DNA of 57,016 bases from Acidimicrobiia bacterium (GTDB taxonomy: Bacteria > Actinomycetota > Acidimicrobiia > Spongiisociales > UBA5794), in the NCBI GenBank assembly GCA_030064765.1, contig JASJEG010000002.1, positions 1 through 57,016 of the forward strand, written 5' to 3'. Below, piece by piece: positions 7,428 to 15,400 of the stretch; the stretch's first letter is position 1, and each line of letters begins with the position of its first letter. Both the position numbers and the translations under genes were made by a program. Below the pieces are notes generated by a model. The model made no database searches. It was not told the origin of the DNA and was given only the letters and a program-made list of their open reading frames with translations.

Positions 7428-10046
7428 ATGATCCGTACAGCACTCAAGACTGTATTTGCGCACAAGTTGCGCTTGGCGCTTACGGCGCTCTCGGTGATGA
7501 TCGGCGTCGCCTTCATCGCCGGCACATTCATTTTCACCGACACCATCGACGAGACGTTCAATGACCTGTTCGATGACATCTTCCAAGGGCAGGATGTGAT
7601 CGTCCAGGGCGTCACCGAGTTCGATGTTGGCTTCAGCGGACCACCACCGATCGACGAGAGCGTGCTCGATGACGTGCTCGCCGTAGCCGGCGTGCAGGCT
7701 GCCGAAGGAACGGTGGGTGGCTTCGCCGTTATCTACGACAAGGAAGGAGAAGCGATTGTCCCCACCGGCCCGCCGACAATCGGTGGATCCGTCACCGAAG
7801 ACCTCCGGCTGGCCGGCAATGTCACGATCCGCGATGGCCGTTCCCCGACGGCGTCGGGCGAGGTTGCGGTTGATGCGCGGACGGCTGACGACAACGGCCT
7901 CGCGGTCGGGGACATAATCACGGTTCAGACACCGACGGTTGTCGATGACTACGAGATTGTGGCCGTCATCGGATTCGGGGAGTCTGACAACCTTGCAGGG
8001 GCGACTTTTGCGGCTTTCGAACTGGGCACCGCCCAAGAGGTGTTTGACCTCGAGGGGAAGTTCTCCTCGATCGTCGTCATCGCCGATGAGGGGACCAGCC
8101 CCGATCTACTGCGCAATAGCATCGCATCGGTTCTTCCCTCAGGTGTCGAGGCTGTAACCGCCGCCGACGAAGCAGCGGATCAGTCGGAAGCCCTGTCGGA
8201 GAGCCTCGGGTTCCTGCAGACTGCGCTGCTGGTGTTCGCGCTCGTCGCGGTATTCGTCGCTTCATTCATCATTCAGAACACTTTCCGGATCATCGTTCGG
8301 CAGCGTCAGAAGGAGCTGGCGTTGATGCGGGCAGTCGGGGCCACCGGCGGGCAAGTCATCTGGATGGTCGTTATCGAGGCAATCATTGTCGGCGTGGTGG
8401 CATCGATCCTCGGGATTGCCTTCGGATTCGTCATTGCCCAAGGCCTCACCAGTGTGATGTCGGCGATCGGGTTTGACCTTCCGTCGACGACGGCTCCGCT
8501 TGCCACGCGGACCATCATCGTCGGCGTCGCAGTCGGTCTCGGTGTCACCGTCTTGGCGGCGGTGCTGCCGGCGATTCGGGCCTCGCGGATTCCTCCGGTG
8601 GCGGCGCTGCAGGACGTCGACGTGCGGTTGCGGATGTCGGACCGGCGTCGCACCATCATCGGCTCTGTGGTGCTGGCTGCGGGCATCGCTCTGATCCTGA
8701 ACGGCCTGTTTGGTGACATCCTGGACCTGGGCCCGCTCAACGAACTGACCGCAGTGGGTGCCGGCGCGCTGCTGGTATTCCTAGCAGTCAGCATGCTGAG
8801 CTCGCTCATTGTGAAGCCGATTGCGAGAGTGCTGGGCCCAATCCTGGGCTTTATCGCCCCGAGCAACCTGCTGCGGCCGGTCCGGAACCTCATTGGCCGG
8901 CGCCGCGGCGTAGACAAGCTCACCGGTTTGCTGGCAGTGCAGAACTCGGTTCGCAAGCCAAGAAGGACCGCCACCACGGCATCAGCCTTGATGATCGGGC
9001 TGGCTTTGGTTGCATTCTTCTTTGTGCTTGGCGATTCGATCAAAGCATCTGCCAGTGGCGCCATCGAGGAAGGGCTGCGCGCCGACTATGTGGTCAGCGT
9101 TAGCGGATTCAGCGGCGGCTTCAGCCCTGCCCTCGGTGAGGAACTGGATGCCCAGCCGGAGATCGAAGCTGTCACTCAGTTGCGCTTCGGTTTCTGGGAT
9201 CGCAATGGCTCCGATGAGTTCCTCATGGGGATCAACACCGACACCGTGGAGCAAACCATCTTCCTCGGTGTCACGCGAGGCAGCATTGCCGAGCTGGATC
9301 AGGGCGGAGTAATGGTTGTCGAGGACATCTTCGACGATGAAGGCTGGACCCTCGGTCAGACCATCCCCATGGGTTTCGCCACGACTGGCCTACAGCAGGT
9401 GCCCGTCGTCGGCACTTTCACCGAGAACGGCATCGTGCAGGCCAACTTCCTGGTGAGCCTGGACTTCTATGAACAGAACTTCGAGGGCTTTGGCACCGAT
9501 GTTGACTTTGTCCTCGCGGCCAAGGCGGCGGACGGGGTGTCACTCGAGGACTCGCGGGCGGTCATGGATGCTGCGGCGGAGGATTATGCCAATGTCACGG
9601 TGCGTGACCAAGCTGAGTACCGGCAGTCGCAGGAGGATCAGGTCGATCAGTTGCTGGTCACCTTCAACGCTCTTCTGGTGCTTGCTGTGATCATCGCCGT
9701 GTTCGGTATCGCCAACACGCTGGCCTTGTCGATCTTCGAGCGCACCCGTGAGATCGGGTTGCTGCGAGCGGTCGGCATGGACCGCCCGCAGTTGCGCCGG
9801 ATGATTCGCCACGAAGCCATGATCGTTGCGATTATCGGCGCCATTCTTGGCATCATCGTTGGTCTGTTCTTCGGGATTGTCGTGACGGCGGCGTTGTCGG
9901 CCCAGGGTATAGACGTGCTCTCGATCCCGGCTGCGCAGATCACTGCCCTGGTCATCTTTGGGGCTGTCGCCGGGCTGATGGCGGCGATTCTGCCCGCCCG
10001 TCGTGCTTCCAAGCTCAATATCCTCGAAGCCATCGCCTACGAGTAG
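7428..10046 (+). CDS. ABC transporter permease, double FtsX/MacB-type domain
   Basis: 872 aa. Two repeats of an extracytoplasmic domain plus an FtsX 4-TM module (...RQRQKELALMRAVGATGGQV... and ...ERTREIGLLRAVGMDRPQLRRM...). Directly follows the ATPase gene. Confidence 0.9.
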   Translation: MIRTALKTVFAHKLRLALTALSVMIGVAFIAGTFIFTDTIDETFNDLFDDIFQGQDVIVQGVTEFDVGFSGPPPIDESVLDDVLAVAGVQAAEGTVGGFAVIYDKEGEAIVPTGPPTIGGSVTEDLRLAGNVTIRDGRSPTASGEVAVDARTADDNGLAVGDIITVQTPTVVDDYEIVAVIGFGESDNLAGATFAAFELGTAQEVFDLEGKFSSIVVIADEGTSPDLLRNSIASVLPSGVEAVTAADEAADQSEALSESLGFLQTALLVFALVAVFVASFIIQNTFRIIVRQRQKELALMRAVGATGGQVIWMVVIEAIIVGVVASILGIAFGFVIAQGLTSVMSAIGFDLPSTTAPLATRTIIVGVAVGLGVTVLAAVLPAIRASRIPPVAALQDVDVRLRMSDRRRTIIGSVVLAAGIALILNGLFGDILDLGPLNELTAVGAGALLVFLAVSMLSSLIVKPIARVLGPILGFIAPSNLLRPVRNLIGRRRGVDKLTGLLAVQNSVRKPRRTATTASALMIGLALVAFFFVLGDSIKASASGAIEEGLRADYVVSVSGFSGGFSPALGEELDAQPEIEAVTQLRFGFWDRNGSDEFLMGINTDTVEQTIFLGVTRGSIAELDQGGVMVVEDIFDDEGWTLGQTIPMGFATTGLQQVPVVGTFTENGIVQANFLVSLDFYEQNFEGFGTDVDFVLAAKAADGVSLEDSRAVMDAAAEDYANVTVRDQAEYRQSQEDQVDQLLVTFNALLVLAVIIAVFGIANTLALSIFERTREIGLLRAVGMDRPQLRRMIRHEAMIVAIIGAILGIIVGLFFGIVVTAALSAQGIDVLSIPAAQITALVIFGAVAGLMAAILPARRASKLNILEAIAYE

Positions 10047-10069
10047 CACGAATAAGTAGTCCACATTGG

Positions 10070-10093
10070 GGGGCCGCCCTGCGGGGCGGCCCC
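10070..10093 (+). terminator. GC hairpin after the permease gene (possible terminator)
   Basis: ggggccgccc (10070-79) pairs with gggcggcccc (10084-93): a perfect 10-bp stem with a 4-nt loop, 24 nt after the stop. No U-tract follows. Confidence 0.4.
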
Positions 10094-10135
10094 ACTCTCT
10101 CTCGACAATACGGGGGTCGACGCAGTTGCTATGCA

Positions 10136-10609
10136 ATGATGGGGCCAGTCGAACTGCACGCCCGGAAAATGTCAAAGGATCCTGACTATCTCGAATCGCT
10201 AGGCCGAGCCATCTACAGATGGGCTCAGATGGAATGGGCGATCGTGTACCTCACGAAGGAGATTCATCCTGAGGGTCGCGCGGTCCAGCGCTCGGCAACC
10301 ATGACGGCCGGGCATATCGCGCGGCGGCTTCGCTCAGCGCTTGACGAAACCAATGTGTCCGATGCCGCGTTCTCAGACGCCAAGTCGATCGCGAACGAGT
10401 ATGAAGCCCTGTTGCAGCGACGCAACGACATCGTGCACGCCCAGCCGGCAACTATGAGCGGACAGCAGCGCCTCCATCGGGTGCGGGCTGACGGCACACA
10501 CGAGAGCATCGAGGTGGACGACCTCCTCGCCTTCTCGTCAGACTGCGCCAGGCTGGGCAACAAGGCGAGTGCCTTGTTGTGGGCGCTACGACAAGGCGAG
10601 AAACGCTAG
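10136..10609 (+). CDS. Hypothetical protein with HEPN-type R-N-x3-H motif
   Basis: 157-aa ORF (alternative start MSKDP at 10169), predicted mostly helical. It contains LLQRRNDIVHAQP, the canonical R(N/D/H)xxxH HEPN RNase motif. It looks lower in GC than its neighbours by eye. Confidence 0.5.
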   Translation: MMGPVELHARKMSKDPDYLESLGRAIYRWAQMEWAIVYLTKEIHPEGRAVQRSATMTAGHIARRLRSALDETNVSDAAFSDAKSIANEYEALLQRRNDIVHAQPATMSGQQRLHRVRADGTHESIEVDDLLAFSSDCARLGNKASALLWALRQGEKR

Positions 10610-10702
10610 CTGGGTCGCTACGGGTCTGCTCCTCCAGATTCACACGAACAGATAGGGCGACCTCACCCTCTCATATCATGGGATGGTCCAAGGAGGTCTT
10701 TC

Positions 10703-11545
10703 GTGAAGCGGATCGTGGTGACCGGGGGAAGCGGCAAGGCGGGTCGGGCAGTAGTGGCCGATCTGAGCGAGCACGGCTACGAAGTGCTCGATGTCGATAT
10801 CGTCGCCTCGCTTCATCCCGACGATCCCACCCGGGTTGCCGACCTCACGGATTTGGGTCAGACCGTCGAGTCGCTGCGGACGGCGGATGCGATTGTCCAC
10901 TTGGCGGCCATCCCCGCTCCGAACATCGTGCCGCCCGGTGAGACGTTCCGGATCAACATGATGTCCACCTACAACGTCTTCACTGCCGCCCAAATCCTCG
11001 GCCTGGAGCGGGTGGTGTGGGCATCGTCGGAGACGCTCATCGGTATCCCCTTCGAAAGGGAGCAACCCCGCTATGCCCCCATCGACGAGGATCATCCTCG
11101 CATCCCCGAATCCCACTACGCGCTGTCGAAGCTTGCGGGGGAGGTCATCGCAGAGCAATTCAGCCGATGGTCTGGGATTCCGTATATGGCGCTTCGCATC
11201 TCCAACATCATGGAAGAACACGACTACGCCCGATTCCCGAGCTTCTGGGACGACCTGGAGCTGCGGCGCTGGAATCTGTGGAGCTATGTCGACGCCAGGG
11301 ATGTGGCCCAGGCGGTTCGCTTGGCGCTGACGACTGACATCACCGGTGGCGAAGCCTTCTTGGTGGCGGCGGCCGACAATTGCATGACCCGGGAGAGCCT
11401 CGACCTGATGGCCGAGGTATACCCGGGGGTGCCCATCCGTGGCGAGATCCGCGGCCACCAAACCTTGCTGTCGATCGAGAAGGCACGTTCGCTTCTCGGC
11501 TTCGAGCCCGAGCACTCCTGGCGGGACTACGTTTCGCCGGGCTAG
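10703..11545 (+). CDS. NAD-dependent epimerase/dehydratase (SDR) family protein
   Basis: GTG start. Rossmann motif VVTGGSGKAGRAV and catalytic YALSK (YxxxK) are present. Confidence 0.85.
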   Translation: MKRIVVTGGSGKAGRAVVADLSEHGYEVLDVDIVASLHPDDPTRVADLTDLGQTVESLRTADAIVHLAAIPAPNIVPPGETFRINMMSTYNVFTAAQILGLERVVWASSETLIGIPFEREQPRYAPIDEDHPRIPESHYALSKLAGEVIAEQFSRWSGIPYMALRISNIMEEHDYARFPSFWDDLELRRWNLWSYVDARDVAQAVRLALTTDITGGEAFLVAAADNCMTRESLDLMAEVYPGVPIRGEIRGHQTLLSIEKARSLLGFEPEHSWRDYVSPG

Positions 11546-11569
11546 TTGCTCCAGGAGCTGAATCCCCCA

Positions 11570-11622
11570 TTCCTGCGTAACTGACGGCTGATATCGGCCG
11601 TCAGTTACGCAAGAACCGGAGG
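11570..11622 (+). repeat. Palindromic intergenic repeat, copy A
   Basis: ttcctGCGTAACTGACGGCtgatatcgGCCGTCAGTTACGCAAGAACCGGAGG. Perfect 14-bp stem (11575-88 / 11597-610) plus the conserved tail GCAAGAACCG. It lies between convergent genes. Confidence 0.8.
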
Positions 11623-11644
11623 ACGAATCCCTGGTGTCGGGCGC

Positions 11645-12253
11645 TCACTCCGCAGCGCCATCGCAGTCCACGTTGAGGCCGGTGAGCAGCTCGTAGCCTG
11701 CTGCCAGCTCGGTGCAGCTGGTGCCATCGATGCGGAAGTCGACGTTGTACTCGCCACCCTGGATTCCCCACATGAGGATCTCGGCGGCGTGCTCGGTGGC
11801 CCGCTCTTCCCAGTTCACATCTCGTGACGACCAGGTCTCGAGTCCGCGCAGTTCGGTGAAGGCCTCGACGTTCTCGCCGCTGACGTTCTGGTCGATCCAG
11901 GCATGCGCCATCTCGTGCAGCAGGGTGCGCTGCCGCCAGGCTTCCTCCACCTCGGGGTTGTCGTGGGTTGCGCAGATGGCGATGGTCGCTATCCCCGTGT
12001 TGTCGAACCAGGCCCGTCCCCGTGCCCCGCCGCACCCTTCCTCCTTGTCGAAGAACTCGATCGTGGCGGCCGGTGCCTCGAATCCGGCTGCTGTGAACAG
12101 GCCCTGCACCTGCTCATACGCTGCTGCGTCCTGCTCGCTTGCGAAGACGGGCGCAGGGAGCTCGGTGGTTGCCGTGCTTGCCTGCGCCGGGGCCCCGAGC
12201 GCTATTGCCAGGACTGCCACGGTGATGATGCGGGAGGTGGTGTATGTAGCCAT
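11645..12253 (-). CDS. Secreted protein with HExxH zinc-metallopeptidase motif
   Basis: Signal peptide MATYTTSRIITVAVLAIALGAPAQAS, the motif LLHEMAHAW, and 4 Cys. No closer family assignment is possible by eye. Confidence 0.6.
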   Translation of the reverse strand: MATYTTSRIITVAVLAIALGAPAQASTATTELPAPVFASEQDAAAYEQVQGLFTAAGFEAPAATIEFFDKEEGCGGARGRAWFDNTGIATIAICATHDNPEVEEAWRQRTLLHEMAHAWIDQNVSGENVEAFTELRGLETWSSRDVNWEERATEHAAEILMWGIQGGEYNVDFRIDGTSCTELAAGYELLTGLNVDCDGAAE

Positions 12254-12317
12254 ACCCGCAGCGTCCGAAATGGACCTTTGCGGGCGATTAGCGGTGCATT
12301 AGCGCGGCTGTGGGCGC

Positions 12318-12334
12318 CTTAAGCGGGACTTAGC
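12318..12334 (+). promoter_or_regulatory. Distal 11-bp-phased direct repeat (CTTAAG-n5-CTTAGC) upstream of paralog 1
   Basis: cCTTAAGcgggaCTTAGCt. This weaker copy of the proximal box lies 68 bp upstream of it. Confidence 0.3.
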
Positions 12335-12385
12335 TGGGAAACAAAAACAGGCTCTGAGCGGGGACTTACCGCTATTTGGGAGGTG

Positions 12386-12404
12386 CCTTAAGTCTCGCCT
12401 AAGT
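12386..12404 (+). promoter_or_regulatory. Candidate SARP box upstream of paralog 1 (TTAAGT-n5-CTAAGT, 11-bp period)
   Basis: CCTTAAGTctcgCCTAAGT, about 70 nt upstream of GTG 12473. The same element occurs at the same distance upstream of paralogs 2 and 3. Confidence 0.55.
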
Positions 12405-12472
12405 CCGGTCGGCAATTCTCGCCCCACCAACCGGCACCGGTGTCGAATAGGGTGACGCAGGAAGGAGAGGGA

Positions 12473-15400
12473 GTGCAGTACCGACTGCTTGGTAAGTTTG
12501 AAGTGGAGCGCAACGGCGAGCTCGTTGATATCGGCTCGTTCCGACAGAGAGCGGCGCTCGCCTTCCTGCTGAAAACGCCCAACACGATTGTCTCCACCGA
12601 TCAGATAATCGACGCAGTCTGGGGGGATGACGCTGCGGCGGATCGCCAGAACGCGCTGTGGGTCCACATCTCGGGATTGCGCACCGCTCTGGAGCCCGAC
12701 AGGGAGAGGCGAACGGAGGGCAGCGTCCTGCTCACTCGATCCCCGGGCTATCTCCTTCAAGTGAATCCGGATGAGATCGACACGGTCCACTTCGAACGGC
12801 TCGTTGCAGAAGGTCGTGCCCTACTCGATGCCGATCCGGCTGCCGCCTCATTGGCACTTGGCGAGGCGCTAGCTCTGTGGCGAGGCCGCGCCTATGAAGA
12901 CTTCGCCTACGAGGACTTTGCCGCCTCTGAGATCGCCCGACTCGAGGAACTGCGGCTCGAAGCGGTCGAAGCCCGCATCGATGCCGACCTCCGGCGGGGG
13001 ATGTCCCGAGAGTTGGTCTCTGAGCTCGAGAGCCTGGTGCGGGAGCATCCACTTCGGGAACGGCTCACGGGGCAGGCCATGCTGGCGCTGTACCGATCGG
13101 GCCGGCAGGCAGAAGCGCTTCGCTCATACCAGTTCTTGAAGGCGCGACTCGGTGACGAACTTGGAATCGAGCCATCGGCTCAGATCCGCAAACTCGAGGA
13201 ACAGATCGTCGTCGGCGATCCGGAGCTCGAGCCCGCCACAACGCTACATCTTCCCGGGACCGGTCCGGAACCGGGTCTGGCGGTGCGTGGCTATGAGCTG
13301 CGCGAGAAGTTGGGTGAGGGCGCGTTCGGAGTCGTCTATCGGGCGTATCAGCCGGTCGTAGGTCGTGAGGTTGCCATCAAGGTGATCCGGCCCGAACTTG
13401 CCAACGACCCTGTCTTCATCCGCAGGTTCGAGGGCGAAGCTCAGCTGGTGGCGCGGCTGGAGCATCCCCACATCGTTCCGCTGTACGACTATTGGCGGGA
13501 GCCGGGAGCGGCTTACCTGGTGCTGCGATTGATGGGTCGTGGCAGTCTTCGCGACGTAGTGGAGTCCACTGCGCTGAGCAGCGACGAGGCAGTGCGCATA
13601 GTCCAGCAGATAGCCGGAGCGCTCGAGACCGCACATCGGTCTGGTGTGGCCCACGGCGATATCAAGCCGGAGAACATCCTCCTCGATGGCGAGGGCAACG
13701 CATTCCTCTCGGACTTCGCAATCGCCGTCGGCGGGAGGCGACACAGCGGCACTGACGCAGGCGGTGCTGCTGAGCCGCCCTACGCAGCGCCGGAGCACGT
13801 CGCTGACGGCGGCGCCTCTCCGGCCGGAGATATCTACAGTCTTGGTGTCGTCCTCGCCCAGGCCCTGACGGGGTTGGAGGGAGAGCTTGCCCAGATACGC
13901 GGAGCGCTGCCGCAGGGCTTGGCCCAAGTCATCGATCAGGCCACAGATGCCGATCCCCGTGCTCGCTACGCCTATCCCGGAGCGTTTGCGGACGCCGTTG
14001 TCGAAGAGCTGGCAGGTGCCGACCACGTCGCGCCAGAGGAGGCGGCGGCGCTCGTGGAGGCGGAGAATCCCTACAACGGTCTACGTCCTTTCTCCCAGGT
14101 CGATGCGTCCCGCTTCTATGGCCGAGGCCGGGTGATCGATCGTCTCGTCACCAGGCTCGGTGAGCCCGGTTCGCGTGGCCGGTTTGTTGCTGTGGTAGGG
14201 CCGAGTGGAAGTGGCAAGTCGAGCGTCGTAAGGGCTGGTCTGCTCCCTGCGCTGAGCAAAGGGGCCTTACCTAGTTCCGACATGTGGTTCGTTGCTGAGC
14301 TGACCCCGGCGCCCCATCCGTTCGAGGAACTCGACAATGCTCTGACCGGGATTGCTGTCGATCCTTCGACGACTCTTCTCGAACAGCTTGCATCCGAGCC
14401 GACCGGCTTGCGCCGTGCTGTCCGGCAGCTGCTTCCCGAGGGATCGCAGTTGCTGCTGGTCATCGATCAGTTCGAGGAACTCTTCACGCAGGTCGACCAA
14501 GAAACCGCAGACCGATTCATCGATTCTCTGGTCGATGCCGTCACCGGCGAGCATTCGAACATACGTATCGTTGTGACTCTGCGGGCTGATTTCTATGACC
14601 GACCGCTGCGGCATCGCACGCTCGGGGAGCTGCTGCGCGAGGGCACAGAGGTCATCACTCCGATGTCGCCCGAGGAACTGGAGCGCGCCATCACCGCTCC
14701 GGCGGGTGCAGTTGGGGTGACCTTTGAGCCTGCGGTCGTGGCAGAGCTGATTCGCGAGGTCGCTGATCGAATCGGCGCACTGCCATTGCTGCAGTACACC
14801 TTGACCGAGTTGTTCGATGGTCGGAGCTCGGCAGCGATTCCACTTTCCGACTATCAAGCCGTGGGCGGGATTTCGGGGGCGCTGGTGCGGCGGGCCGAAG
14901 GCCTCCTTGCCGGACTGGGCTCACAGGCTCAGGACGCCACCCGCCAGTTGTTCTTGCGTCTGGTGACGCTCGGGGAAGGCACTGAAGATACGCGGCGGCG
15001 CGTACTGCTCGCTGAGTTGCGCGATCTCCCTGTGGATCCACAGGATCTGGATCAGGTTCTCGATACGTTTGGTCGTCATCGGATGATCAGCTTCGACCGT
15101 GATCCCATTACTCGAGGACCCACGGCTGAGATCTCTCACGAGGCGTTGCTGATCCAATGGACCAGGCTCCACAACTGGATTGATGGAGCCAGACATGATG
15201 TGCGCAACCAGCGTCGGCTCGCCCAGGCGATGGCAGAGTGGCAGGGCGTCAACCGAGCGGACGACTATCTCTTGCGCGGCGGCCGTTTGGATCAGCTGTC
15301 TGGGTGGGCAGCGACCACTTCGGTTCCATTGAGTGTCCCGGAGCGAGAGTTCCTCACTGCCAGCTTGGAGGAACGGGACAGAGTTGAGCGCGAGCAACGA

